This document shows, one piece after another, positions 25,756 to 35,398 of a stretch of DNA of 64,000 nucleotides. Origin of the DNA: Alphaproteobacteria bacterium (lineage in GTDB: Bacteria > Pseudomonadota > Alphaproteobacteria > MPNO01); the NCBI GenBank assembly GCA_965205995.1, contig OZ242200.1:1305071-1369070 (forward strand). The letters run 5' to 3'. Numbering within the stretch: the stretch's first letter is position 1; each line of letters opens with the position of its first letter. The notes beneath the pieces were generated by a model, which was given only the letters and a program-made list of their open reading frames with translations, made no database searches and was not told where the DNA came from. The translations under genes and the position numbers were made by a program.

Positions 25756-26010
25756 ATGTTCGGCGGCATCTGCTTCATGATCGGCGGCAATATGTGCATC
25801 GGCACGTGGAAGGGCGCGCTGATCGTCAGGCTCGACCGGAAGAACCACGAGGCGACGCTCGCCGAGCCGCATGCCGGCCCCGCCGAAATGAACGGCCGGA
25901 CGATGAAGGGCTGGGCGCTGGTCGAGCCCGCCGGTATCGAGTCGGACGGCGACCTGAAATCCTGGGTCGACCGCGCCGCCGCCTACGCCGCCACCCTGCC
26001 GGCGAAGTGA
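25756..26010 (+). CDS. TfoX N-terminal-domain protein, apparently 5'-truncated
   Basis: MFGGICFMIGGNMCIGTWKGALIVRLD matches TfoX_N. The in-frame upstream sequence encodes TTADDALIERIRPLLAG (a typical TfoX N-terminus) but has no start codon before a TAG; an ATG at 25661 is in another frame. Confidence 0.55.
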   Translation: MFGGICFMIGGNMCIGTWKGALIVRLDRKNHEATLAEPHAGPAEMNGRTMKGWALVEPAGIESDGDLKSWVDRAAAYAATLPAK

Positions 26011-26032
26011 GGGGCCCTTCGACACGCCCCCC

Positions 26033-27427
26033 TCACAGCGACTGGACGATCTCCTCGGTCATCTTCTTGGCGTCGTCGAACAGCATCATCGTGTTGTCGC
26101 GGTAGAACAGCTCGTTGTCGACGCCGGCATAGCCCGACGCCAGGGAGCGCTTGACGAAGAGGACGGTGCTCGCCTTTTCGACCTCGAGGATGGGCATGCC
26201 GTAGATCGGGCTTTCGGGGTCGGATTTGGCGGCCGGGTTGGTGACGTCGTTGGCGCCGATCACATAGGCGACGTCGGCGGCGGCGAAGGCGTTGTTGATG
26301 TCCTCCAGCTCGAACACCTCGTCATAGGGCACGCTCGCTTCGGCCAGCAGCACGTTCATATGCCCCGGCATGCGCCCGGCGACCGGGTGGATGGCATAGG
26401 CGATGTCGATCCCCTGCCCCTTGAGCGTGTCGCACATCTCGCGCAGCGCGTGCTGCGCCTGGGCGACCGCCATGCCGTAGCCCGGAACGACGATCACCTT
26501 GGATGCGTTCTTGAGCACGAAGGCCGCGTCCTCGGCGCTGCCCGCCTTCACATGGCGGTCTGCGTCCGCGGCGGCGGCCGCATGGCCGCCCTCGACCCCG
26601 AACCCGCCGAGGATGACGCTGAAGAACGACCGGTTCATCCCCCGGCACATGATGTAGCTCAGAATCGCGCCCGACGAGCCGACCAGCGCGCCGGTGATGA
26701 TCAGCAGCGTGTTGGAAAGGGTGAATCCGATTCCGCAGGCGGCCCAGCCGGAATAGGAGTTGAGCATCGAGATCACCACCGGCATGTCGGCGCCGCCGAT
26801 GGGGACGATGATCAGGAAGCCCAGCGCAAGCGACAGGATGACGATCAGCCAGTAGGAGATGGGCGCCTCGGCCATGCAGAGCCAGACCACCAGCGCGACC
26901 AGCACGACCCCGAGCCCGGCATTGAGCGGGTGCTGGCCCCGGAAGACCAGCGGCGCGCCGGTCACCAGCCCCTGCAGCTTGGCGAAGGCGACGATCGAGC
27001 CGGTGAAGGTGACGGCGCCGACCGCGGTGCCGATCGCCATCTCGACCAGGCTCGCGGTCTTGATGTCGCCGACACTGCCGATGCCATAGGCCTCGGGCGC
27101 GTAGAACGCCGCCGTCGCCACCGCGACCGCGGCGAGCCCGACCAGGCTGTGGAAGGCGGCGACGAGCTGGGGCAAGGCCGTCATCTGGATGCGCAGCGCG
27201 ATCAAGGTCCCGATCGCGCCGCCGATCACCACGCCGGCGGCGATCAGCTCGAACGAGATCACCCCGGGATCGGCGAGCGTGGTGGCGATCGCGATCACCA
27301 TGCCGGCGACGCCGATCGCGTTGCCGCGCCGCGCGGTCTCCGGCGAGGACAGCCCGCGCAGCGCCATGATGAAGCAGATGGCCGCGGCCAGATAGGCGAT
27401 TCCGGTCAGATCGGCATGCATGGCCAC
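26033..27427 (-). CDS. pntB: NAD(P) transhydrogenase subunit beta
   Basis: 464 aa; membrane N-terminal domain + C-terminal NADP(H)-binding domain III (GYAGVDNELF). Confidence 0.9.
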   Translation of the reverse strand: MAMHADLTGIAYLAAAICFIMALRGLSSPETARRGNAIGVAGMVIAIATTLADPGVISFELIAAGVVIGGAIGTLIALRIQMTALPQLVAAFHSLVGLAAVAVATAAFYAPEAYGIGSVGDIKTASLVEMAIGTAVGAVTFTGSIVAFAKLQGLVTGAPLVFRGQHPLNAGLGVVLVALVVWLCMAEAPISYWLIVILSLALGFLIIVPIGGADMPVVISMLNSYSGWAACGIGFTLSNTLLIITGALVGSSGAILSYIMCRGMNRSFFSVILGGFGVEGGHAAAAADADRHVKAGSAEDAAFVLKNASKVIVVPGYGMAVAQAQHALREMCDTLKGQGIDIAYAIHPVAGRMPGHMNVLLAEASVPYDEVFELEDINNAFAAADVAYVIGANDVTNPAAKSDPESPIYGMPILEVEKASTVLFVKRSLASGYAGVDNELFYRDNTMMLFDDAKKMTEEIVQSL

Positions 27428-27431
27428 GCCC

Positions 27432-27758
27432 TCAGCGCCGCTTGCGGTACATGCGGAGCATGCGCTGCGAGACGATGAAGCCGCCGAAGATGTTGATCGA
27501 GGCGAGAGTCACCGCGACGAACCCCATCACCTTGGAGAAGTGGAGCTCGGCGGGGCCGGCGGCGATCAGCGCGCCGACGATGATCACCGAGGAGATCGCG
27601 TTGGTGACGCTCATCAACGGGGAGTGGAGCGCGGGCGTCACATGCCAGACCACGTAGTAGCCGACGAATATGGCGAGAACGAATACGGTGAACAGGAAAA
27701 TGAACGGGTCGGTGGAGGTGGCCTCCGCGGCCGATCGCGCCGCTACTTCTGGTTTCAC
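27432..27758 (-). CDS. pntAB: NAD(P) transhydrogenase subunit alpha, part 2 (membrane portion)
   Basis: 108 aa from GTG (AAGGATG RBS), three TM helices; GTGA overlap with the pntAA stop; C-terminal part of track ORF 27432..28025. Confidence 0.8.
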   Translation of the reverse strand: MKPEVAARSAAEATSTDPFIFLFTVFVLAIFVGYYVVWHVTPALHSPLMSVTNAISSVIIVGALIAAGPAELHFSKVMGFVAVTLASINIFGGFIVSQRMLRMYRKRR

Positions 27759-28927
27759 GCTACATCCTTGTCGGCGGGCTCGGGGAGCAATGTGGGGTGG
27801 ACGACTTCGCCGTCGCGGGTAATCAGGCAGGCGGCGACGATCGCGTCGTCCCAGTCGATCGCCAGCGTCCGGTTCTCGAGGTCGACCAGGGGGGTGAGGA
27901 AATTGAGCAGGTTGCGGGCATACATCGAGGACGCGTTCTCGGCCAGCCGGCTCGGCACGTTGACATGGCCGAGGATCTGCACGCCATGCCTGACCACGAC
28001 TTCGCCGGGCTCGCTCAGCACACAATTGCCGCCCTGCTCGACCGCGAGATCGACGATCACCGAGCCCGGCCGCATCGCGCGCACCATATCCGCGTCGATC
28101 AGCACCGGCGCCTCCCGCCCGGGGATCAGGGCGGTGCAGATGACGATGTCGTTGCGCGCCAGCGCCCCGGTGAGCACCTCGGCCTCGCGCTCCTTGTAGG
28201 ACGCGCCCATCTCCTTGGCGTAGCCGCCGGAGGTTTCCGCGTCGGCCGTCGCCGCCTCGTCGACGGCGAGGAACTTGGCGCCGAGGCTCTCGACCTGCTC
28301 CTTGACGGCGGGGCGCACGTCATAGCCGGTGACGATGGCGCCGAGCCGCCTGGCGGTGGCGATGGCCTGGAGCCCGGCGACGCCGGCGCCGAGCACCAGC
28401 ACCCGGCCCGGCGGGATGGTGCCGGCCGCGGTCATCATCATCGGCAGCGCCCGGCCGAACGCGCCGGCGCCGTCGAGCACCGCCTTGTAGCCAGCAATAT
28501 TCGACTGCGACGACAGGATGTCCATCGCCTGCGCCCTTGTGATGCGGGGCAGCAATTCGAGCGAGAACGTGGTGAGCCCGGCCTTGGCATAGGCCTCGAC
28601 ATGGCTTTCGTTCTGGAGCGCGGCGAGCGCGCCGATCACCACCGAGCCCCGCTCCATCAGCCCGATTTCGTCGACGCCGTCCTCGACGTCGATCAGCGGG
28701 CGCTGGACCTTCAGCACCACATCGCTGCCGGAAAGGGCCGCGGCCTCGTCCGCCGCGATCGCCGCGCCGGCTTCCGCATAGGCCTCGTCGGTGAAGCCGG
28801 ATTCGATTCCGGCGCCGGTCTCGACGACGACCTCGAAGCCGAGCCCGACCAGCTTTTTCACCGAGTCGGGAGAGGCGGCGACCCGCCGCTCGTTGCGCCG
28901 CCGTTCCTTGGGTACCGAGAGCTTCAT
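27755..28927 (-). CDS. pntAA: NAD(P) transhydrogenase subunit alpha, part 1 (AlaDH/PNT domains)
   Basis: 390 aa; [22 protein letters not shown] Rossmann motif. Confidence 0.9.
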   Translation of the reverse strand: MKLSVPKERRRNERRVAASPDSVKKLVGLGFEVVVETGAGIESGFTDEAYAEAGAAIAADEAAALSGSDVVLKVQRPLIDVEDGVDEIGLMERGSVVIGALAALQNESHVEAYAKAGLTTFSLELLPRITRAQAMDILSSQSNIAGYKAVLDGAGAFGRALPMMMTAAGTIPPGRVLVLGAGVAGLQAIATARRLGAIVTGYDVRPAVKEQVESLGAKFLAVDEAATADAETSGGYAKEMGASYKEREAEVLTGALARNDIVICTALIPGREAPVLIDADMVRAMRPGSVIVDLAVEQGGNCVLSEPGEVVVRHGVQILGHVNVPSRLAENASSMYARNLLNFLTPLVDLENRTLAIDWDDAIVAACLITRDGEVVHPTLLPEPADKDVA

Positions 28928-29051
28928 GACTACGTCGCGTCCGGGTGCGGAAATTGCACGCGTGGGAAAGGACCGGATCGACCCGGACCGTGGTTACCCG
29001 CTTGGTAGGAGCCAACAGGCCCCAAAGTCAACCGGTTTGATTCGATGACGC

Positions 29052-29876
29052 TTATCCCCGTTGCCCGAATGCCTCGGCGAGCGCGGAATTGAAGGTTTCG
29101 GGGCGTTCGAGCGCGGCGTAATGCCCCGCCCGGTCGATCACCGTGCAGCCCGCGCCGGGCAGCCCAGCGGCAAGCCGGCGGCATCGCTCCGGCGGCGCCA
29201 GCGGGTCGCAGGCGCCGGCGATCACATGGACTGGCGCGTCGATCCCGGCCGCCTCGGAGACGAGATCGGCGTCCGTCATCATCGCCACCGCCGGGAGATA
29301 GCCTTCCGGGCGCGCGGACGCCATGGTGTCGACGATTTCGGCGAGCAGCGCCGGGGCGGCGCCCGGGGCGAGGAGGCGCGGCGCCCGGTCCCGGGCGAAG
29401 CCGCGCGGCCCCAGTCTCTCGAAGGCGCCGGTCCTCTCGGCGACCGCTGCCGCGCGCTCCACGGGTTCGAGCGAGCCGAAACCGAACAGGGGATGGGCGA
29501 GGACGACGGCCGTTGCCCGGCCGGGCCGGGCGCCGGTGAAGGACGCGGCGATCAGCGCCGCCACCGACTGGCCCACCAGCCCGGCCTTCGCGACGCCGAT
29601 GGCATCGAGCAGGGCGGCAAGCGCCCCGGCATACTCCGCCGGCCCCGGTGCGCCCGGAAGCGGGTCGGATCCGCCATAACCCGGCATGTCCCAGCCGATG
29701 ACGCGGAAACGGTCCGAGAGCCCGGCATATTGCCACCGCCACATCGCCGCGTTCCCGCCGAGCCCGTGCAGCAGCACGATCGCGGGCAGGGACACATCGC
29801 CCGCTTGGCGGTACGCGATGCGGCGCCCGCCGGCCTGGACCGTGAGGGGCGGAGGTGACTCGGCGTCCGTGATCAC
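29052..29876 (-). CDS. Alpha/beta-fold hydrolase
   Basis: 274 aa; HGLGGN oxyanion region, GQSVAA nucleophile motif, C-terminal His. Confidence 0.75.
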   Translation of the reverse strand: MITDAESPPPLTVQAGGRRIAYRQAGDVSLPAIVLLHGLGGNAAMWRWQYAGLSDRFRVIGWDMPGYGGSDPLPGAPGPAEYAGALAALLDAIGVAKAGLVGQSVAALIAASFTGARPGRATAVVLAHPLFGFGSLEPVERAAAVAERTGAFERLGPRGFARDRAPRLLAPGAAPALLAEIVDTMASARPEGYLPAVAMMTDADLVSEAAGIDAPVHVIAGACDPLAPPERCRRLAAGLPGAGCTVIDRAGHYAALERPETFNSALAEAFGQRG

Positions 29877-29936
29877 GGTCTCATGCTTCGCGATGCGGCT
29901 TGGCCGAGCCGTTTTGCCCGCCGCCGGCCCTTCGAT

Positions 29937-30040
29937 ACGCCGCTCCGCGGCTACTCAGGGTGAGCGGTAAGGCGGGTGCGGGCATTGGCATTCCCTCATC
30001 CCGAGTAGGCCCGAAGGGCCGTATCGAGGGGCCGCCCCGA
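29937..30040 (+). repeat. Palindromic intergenic repeat, copy 4 (full length)
   Basis: CCCTTCGATACGCCGCTCCGCGGCTACTCAGGGTGAGCGG..CCCTCATCCCGAGTAGGCCCGAAGGGCCGTATCGAGGGG. Confidence 0.7.
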
Positions 30041-30067
30041 GCTTGCCTCAAACGAAAGGATCCCTCG

Positions 30068-30880
30068 TCAGCCGTGCTTGCCCCTGCCGCTGCGGTACTG
30101 GCCGTAGACCTCGTCGAGCGCGGCGAGGCAGACCGGGTCGAGGTCGTGCCGTGGCTCGGGCTCGGGGGCCCAATGGCCGTGGGCGTCGCGCCCGCGCACG
30201 AGCAGCGCGGTCGCGCCCTCGAACGCGGTCTGGCGGACATGAGGGGCGATGTAGTGGATGGAGAGCCCGATCCTGGGGTTGTCCGATGTATTCGCGTTCG
30301 AGCCGTGCACCACCGATTCGTGGTGGATCGAGATCTCGCCGGCGGAAAGCTCGCAATCGACCGCCCGGCCCTCGTCCACCCCGTTGATGGTCTGGCCCTT
30401 CATCAGCAGGTTCTCGGGATCCATCGTCTCCTCGTGGTCGAGGATGCCGTTCTTGTGGGTTCCGGCGACGAAGCGGACGCAGCCGGATTCGATCCTGCTG
30501 TCGGTGAAGGCGACCCAGGTGGTCACCGTCTCGGCCGGGCGCAGCCCGTAATAGGTCGAGTCCTGGTGCCAGGAGACGAAGCGCGGGTCGCGCGCCTTCT
30601 TGGTGAAGAAGGACGAGCCCCAGCACAATATGTCGGGCCCGATCAGATCCTCCACCGCATCGAGCATGACCGGGTTGCGCACCAGCGCGTTGAGCCAGGT
30701 GAGCGGCAGATGGGCCTTGATCTTGAAGCGGCTCTGCGGCTCGGCTCCGGTCCCGGTTTCCAGCGCGTCGAATTGCCGCAAGAGCGCGTCCGCCCCCGTC
30801 CGGTCCATGATCCGGACCGGAAACAGGAAGCCGTCCCGCCGATAGGCCTCGATCCGGGCCTCGCTCAGAACCTTGCCCAT
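30068..30880 (-). CDS. Phytanoyl-CoA dioxygenase (PhyH)-family Fe(II)/2OG oxygenase
   Basis: WHQD (HxD), distal His; start at internal MGKVLSEA with GGAG RBS, 11 nt after the upstream TauD stop (track ORF 30068..30931). Confidence 0.75.
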   Translation of the reverse strand: MGKVLSEARIEAYRRDGFLFPVRIMDRTGADALLRQFDALETGTGAEPQSRFKIKAHLPLTWLNALVRNPVMLDAVEDLIGPDILCWGSSFFTKKARDPRFVSWHQDSTYYGLRPAETVTTWVAFTDSRIESGCVRFVAGTHKNGILDHEETMDPENLLMKGQTINGVDEGRAVDCELSAGEISIHHESVVHGSNANTSDNPRIGLSIHYIAPHVRQTAFEGATALLVRGRDAHGHWAPEPEPRHDLDPVCLAALDEVYGQYRSGRGKHG

Positions 30881-30891
30881 CTGCGTCTCCG

Positions 30892-31731
30892 TCAGGCCGG
30901 CCGGTCTTCGCTGCTCACCGTGGTGCGCCACAACAGGCGCCGTTCGCTGGACGGGAAGTCGCGCCTGGCGTGCATCGAGCAGCGATTGTCCCAGAGCAGA
31001 AAATCGCCCTTCTGCCAGACATGCTCATAGACGAAGTCGCTGTTCTCGGAGTGGTCGAACAGCCGGGTCAGAACCGGCTCGCTCTCCTCCATGCCGACGA
31101 TCGACTCGGTGATCAGACGGTCGACATAAATGGCCTTGCGGCCGGTCTCGGGGTGGGTGCGAAAGACCGGGTGCTCGGATTCGGAGAAGGCCGGCGTACC
31201 GATGTCGTCGCCGCGATGCTGCGAGCCGTAATTGTAATGGTGGAAAGCGCGCTTGCCCTCCAACGCGTCGCGCAGCTCCGGATCGAGCGTCTCGTAGGCC
31301 GCGTAGCCGCTGGCGAACAGCGTGTTGCCGCCTTCCGAGGGGAGCTCTACCGCATACAGGCAGGTCGCCTTGTCGGGGACGGCGGCGTGGATCATGTCGT
31401 GGTGGAACATCATGTCGCCGTCGGGCAGCGCGCCGATCGGTGCGCCGTTTGCCCGGATGTTGCTGATCAGCATGATGCCGGGGAGCATGTCGTGCTGGCC
31501 GGAGGTGCGGTATTCCTGGGGCCGCGCGTTGGCCCCGGGCGTGCCGAAATACGAGGTGGCCTGGAGCAGCTCCTCCTGGCTGAGCGATTGTCCGCGAATG
31601 ACCACCATGATGTGGTCGAGCCAGAGCCGGTAGACTTCCCGGATCGTCGCATCGTCCGGTCTCGTCGCGAGGTCGATATCCAGCACCTCGACGCCGATAT
31701 GCGGGGAAAGCTTCTTCGTCCTGAGCGCCAT
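30892..31731 (-). CDS. TauD/TfdA-family Fe(II)/2OG dioxygenase (paralog 1 of tandem pair)
   Basis: Start MALRTKKLSPHIG inside track ORF 30892..31845; FHHDM, WDNRCSMHAR. Confidence 0.8.
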   Translation of the reverse strand: MALRTKKLSPHIGVEVLDIDLATRPDDATIREVYRLWLDHIMVVIRGQSLSQEELLQATSYFGTPGANARPQEYRTSGQHDMLPGIMLISNIRANGAPIGALPDGDMMFHHDMIHAAVPDKATCLYAVELPSEGGNTLFASGYAAYETLDPELRDALEGKRAFHHYNYGSQHRGDDIGTPAFSESEHPVFRTHPETGRKAIYVDRLITESIVGMEESEPVLTRLFDHSENSDFVYEHVWQKGDFLLWDNRCSMHARRDFPSSERRLLWRTTVSSEDRPA

Positions 31732-31742
31732 CTTCTGCCCTC

Positions 31743-32588
31743 CTACTCGGCGAGCGCCTCGCCGAGGATCGTGCACCGCCTGAGCAGGCGGCGCTCGGTT
31801 TCCGGGAAATCGGTCCGCGCGTGGCACGAACACCAGTTGTCCCACATCACCAGATCGCCCTCGCGCCAGACATGCTCGTAGATCAGCCCGCGATCCTCGG
31901 TGAAGCCGAACAGCACCTCCAGCAATTCGGCGCTCTCGTCTTGCGCCAGGCCTTCGATCCGGGCGGTTATCAGCGGGTTGACGTAGAGCGCCCTGCGCCC
32001 GGTCCGCGGATGGGTGATCGCCACCGGCTGAACAAAATGCGGGTAGGCATCGAGATCGCCGTCGAGCGGCACCTTCTCGGTGACCGAATAGTTGTAGATC
32101 TGGAGCGCCCGGGCGCCGGCGATCCGTTGTTTCGTGGCGGCGTCGAGCCGGTCATAGGCCGCGTACATATTGGCGAACAGCGTGTTGCCGCCACGCGAGG
32201 GGATGTCGATCGCATAGAGCATGGTGCCGCGATAAGGCTCGGCCACATAGCACATGTCGTGGTGGAACCACATCTCGCCGTCGGGCAGCGAGCCGATCGG
32301 CCGTCCATTCTCGCGGATGTTCGAGATCAGCATGATCGCGGGGTGGAAATCGGCGCCCTCGGGCCGGATCTCGGCCGGCCTCGAACGCTCGCCGACGACG
32401 CCGAACTGGCCGGAGAACCGGAGCTGCGCCTCCAGGTCGAGAACCTGGTCGCGGAACACCAGCACCAGATGGTCCAGCCAGGCGCGCTCGATCCCGGCGG
32501 CCTCGGCGTCCGACAGCGGCCGCGCGAGGTCGATGCCCGTGACCTCGGCGCCGATGGTGTCATGCAGCTTCCGGATGTGCAGGCTCAC
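31743..32588 (-). CDS. TauD/TfdA-family Fe(II)/2OG dioxygenase (paralog 2 of tandem pair)
   Basis: GTG start (GAGGCGGAG RBS) giving MSLHIRKLHDTIG; FHHDM, WDNWCSCHAR. The N-terminal 320 aa of track ORF 31743..33554 are antisense shadow of the emrA-like gene. Confidence 0.75.
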   Translation of the reverse strand: MSLHIRKLHDTIGAEVTGIDLARPLSDAEAAGIERAWLDHLVLVFRDQVLDLEAQLRFSGQFGVVGERSRPAEIRPEGADFHPAIMLISNIRENGRPIGSLPDGEMWFHHDMCYVAEPYRGTMLYAIDIPSRGGNTLFANMYAAYDRLDAATKQRIAGARALQIYNYSVTEKVPLDGDLDAYPHFVQPVAITHPRTGRRALYVNPLITARIEGLAQDESAELLEVLFGFTEDRGLIYEHVWREGDLVMWDNWCSCHARTDFPETERRLLRRCTILGEALAE

Positions 32589-32717
32589 GCTCCGCCTCGC
32601 GAAAGTTCCGTCCCGGCCAATAATACGCCCACGCGAGCGCCAGACAACAACCCTGGGGCCGGGAAGCCGCAGGGCCGACCCGCCCCCTTCGCCGCATTGC
32701 GCTTTGCCGGGGGCGAA

Positions 32718-32740
32718 GAATGTTAGTAATCTAACGATTC
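32718..32740. promoter_or_regulatory. AT-rich imperfect palindrome GAATgTTAGtaatCTAAcgATTC in the divergent TauD / emrA-like intergenic region
   Basis: Read directly; the only AT-rich patch in a ~210-bp divergent promoter region. Confidence 0.3.
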
Positions 32741-32801
32741 TCGGGACTGGCCCGGGACAAACCGTTCTGCGACAGCCTGGACAGGGGAAGGAACCGGCGC
32801 G

Positions 32802-33863
32802 GTGAGGCGCGGACTGCTTCGCATATTCCTGCTCGTCGTAGTGCCGGGCGCGGTCATTCTGGTGGGCGCGCATTACTGGGTCGCTTCCGGGCGCTATGTG
32901 ACGACCGAGAACGCCTATGTGAAGACCAATTTGATCCAGATCAGCGCCGAAATCCGGGGCCGGGTCGCCGAAGTCTTCGTGAACGAGAACGCCTTCGTCC
33001 GGGCGGGCGACCCGATCTTCTCGATCGATCCCGAGCCGTTCCGCGTCGCGCTCGCCGAGGCCGACGCGAAGCTCTCGATGGTGCGCAACGAAATCGGCGC
33101 GCTGCGCGCGTCCTGGCACGGCGCGCGGCTGGAGCTCCGGGAGGCCGAGCAGGAAGTCGCCTATTACAAGCGCATCTTCGACCGCTTCAAGTCGCTCGCC
33201 GGGCGCGGCCACGCCTCGCGCGCCAGGTTCGAGGAGGCCGAGCAGAACCTGATCGCCGCCCGCCAGCGCGCCAGCACGGTGCGGCAGAAGGGGCTCACCA
33301 TCCTCGCCAATCTCGGCGGCGACCCCGAGCTCAAGGCGGAGAACAGCCCGCAATATCTGGAGGCGCTCGCCGCGCGCGACCGGGCGGAGATCGACGTCAG
33401 GCGCACCGTGGTTCGCGCCCCGGCGGACGGCACCGTCGGGCGCGTGCGGCTGCAGAAGGGCGAATATGTCGAAGCCGGCCGGCCGGTGATGCCGCTGATC
33501 GAGACCACCCGGTCCTGGGTCGAGGCCAATCTCAAGGAGACCCAGCTCACCCATATCCGGGTGGGCCAGCAGGCGGAGATCGTCGTCGACGCCTATCCGG
33601 ACCTCTCCTGGCGCGCGAAGGTGGCGAGCATCAGCCCCTCGACCGGCGCGGAGCTTTCCCTGTTGCCGCCGCAGAACGCCTCGGGCAACTGGGTCAAGAT
33701 CGTCCAGCGGGTGCCGGTGCGGCTCGAGATCGACGGCGGCACCGGGCGGCCCTTCGACATGCCGGCCGGGGCCACGGTGTCGGTCAGCATCGACACGACG
33801 CGTGAAGTGTCCCTGTTCGACGTCGTGGGCTCGGCGCTCGCCTTCATGGCGCCCGGGAAATGA
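32802..33863 (+). CDS. EmrA-like (HlyD-family) multidrug-efflux membrane-fusion protein
   Basis: 353 aa, N-terminal TM anchor, coiled coil, C-terminal beta-barrel. Confidence 0.85.
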   Translation: MRRGLLRIFLLVVVPGAVILVGAHYWVASGRYVTTENAYVKTNLIQISAEIRGRVAEVFVNENAFVRAGDPIFSIDPEPFRVALAEADAKLSMVRNEIGALRASWHGARLELREAEQEVAYYKRIFDRFKSLAGRGHASRARFEEAEQNLIAARQRASTVRQKGLTILANLGGDPELKAENSPQYLEALAARDRAEIDVRRTVVRAPADGTVGRVRLQKGEYVEAGRPVMPLIETTRSWVEANLKETQLTHIRVGQQAEIVVDAYPDLSWRAKVASISPSTGAELSLLPPQNASGNWVKIVQRVPVRLEIDGGTGRPFDMPAGATVSVSIDTTREVSLFDVVGSALAFMAPGK

Positions 33864-35398
33864 CCTCCGAAGGATCGGGTCCGCCGCGATCCGATCTTGC
33901 CAGGTCGATGGTCACCGTCGCGGTGATGATGGCGACCACGGTCGTCATCCTCGACATGACCATCGCCTCGATCGCGCTGCCGCATATGCAGGGCAGCCTG
34001 GGCGCAAACCAGGACCAGATCGGCTGGGTGATGACGACCTATTTCGTCTGCCAGGCGATCTCCACCGCATGCACCGGCTGGGTGGCGGGAAGGCTGGGGC
34101 GGAAACGCACCTTCATGCTGGCGCTTGCCGGGTTCATGGGCTTCTCGGTGCTCTCGGGCAGCGCGACCTCGCTGCCGGAGATCTTGGTCTGGCGCGCCTG
34201 CCAGGGTGCGATGAGCGCGCCGGTCATCCCGATCTCCCAGGCGCTGATGCTCGACAACTACCCGCCCGAACGGCACGGCTCGGCGCTCGCGATCTGGGGA
34301 ACCGGAGTGATGTTCGCCCCCGTCATGGGTCCGGTCGTCGGCGGCTTCATCACCGAGAATTACGGCTGGCAGTGGATCTTCTTCATCGGCATTCCGTTCG
34401 CGCTCGCCGGGCTCGCGCTCGGGCTCTTGTTCATGCGCGAAACGCTGGCGAAGCAGGAACGGCCCTTCGACCTGTTCGGCTTCGTGGCCCTTGCCTGCGC
34501 GCTCGCCGCGCTCCAGCTCATGCTCGACCGAGGCGAGCTCAAGGGCTGGTTCGAGTCGACCGAGATCGTCATCGCGGCGGCGATGGTGGCGCTCGGCTTC
34601 TACATCTTCGCGGTCCATTCGCTGACCACCGACAACCCCTTCGTCTCGCGCGGCATCCTGTCGGATCGGAATTTCGTGCTCGGCCTCTTCTTCATGTTCC
34701 TGCTCGGGGTCTGCGTGCTGGCGCTCAATGTCATCCTGCCGATGTTCCTGCAGGTGTTGCGCGGGCTTCCGGTGATGACGGCGGGCTATGTGATGGCGCC
34801 GCGCGGGCTCGGCACCTTCGCCTCGCTGCTGCTGGCGGGCTGGTTGGTGCGCCATGTCGACGGCCGCCTGGTGGCCGCGCTGGGTTTCGCCTGCGTGGCC
34901 GTGTCGTCCTATTATCTCTCGACATTCTCGCCCGATGTCGACCTCTACGACGTGTCCTGGGCGGCGTTCGTCAACGGGCTCGGTATCGGCTTTATCTGGG
35001 TGCCGCTGACCGTGATTTCCTTCGAGACCCTGCCGGCGCGACATCGGACCGAGGCGTCGACGCTGACCAGCCTCGCGCGCAACTACGGCTCGGGCGTCGG
35101 CGTCTCCATCGTCGTGGTGATCCTGAGCCGCACCCGCGCGGTCTCGCATGGCGAGATTTCCTCGCGCGTGACCCCCTATAGCGAAGGCGCCCAGCTCCCT
35201 TATCTGCCGGAGAGCTGGGACCTCTCCTCGCAGGCCGGGCTCGCCGCGCTGGACGGCGAGATCTTCCGCCAGGCCCAGGCGATCGGCTTCACCAACGACT
35301 TCCATGCGATCGCCATCGCGGCGGCGGTCACGATCCCGCTGATCGCGCTCTTGCGGACCAGCGGCCCGCCCAGGCGGCGGCGGAGGGCGGGCCCGTGA
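33860..35398 (+). CDS. MFS transporter, DHA2 (EmrB/QacA) family, 14 TM
   Basis: 512 aa; ATGA overlap with the emrA-like gene. Confidence 0.85.
   Translation: MTSEGSGPPRSDLARSMVTVAVMMATTVVILDMTIASIALPHMQGSLGANQDQIGWVMTTYFVCQAISTACTGWVAGRLGRKRTFMLALAGFMGFSVLSGSATSLPEILVWRACQGAMSAPVIPISQALMLDNYPPERHGSALAIWGTGVMFAPVMGPVVGGFITENYGWQWIFFIGIPFALAGLALGLLFMRETLAKQERPFDLFGFVALACALAALQLMLDRGELKGWFESTEIVIAAAMVALGFYIFAVHSLTTDNPFVSRGILSDRNFVLGLFFMFLLGVCVLALNVILPMFLQVLRGLPVMTAGYVMAPRGLGTFASLLLAGWLVRHVDGRLVAALGFACVAVSSYYLSTFSPDVDLYDVSWAAFVNGLGIGFIWVPLTVISFETLPARHRTEASTLTSLARNYGSGVGVSIVVVILSRTRAVSHGEISSRVTPYSEGAQLPYLPESWDLSSQAGLAALDGEIFRQAQAIGFTNDFHAIAIAAAVTIPLIALLRTSGPPRRRRRAGP

Noticed and set aside
32589-33554. 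N-terminal 320-aa extension of track ORF 31743..33554
   Set aside because: Antisense to the emrA-like gene. The TauD domain begins at a GTG with a good RBS at 32588, and the extension has no homology-like features.
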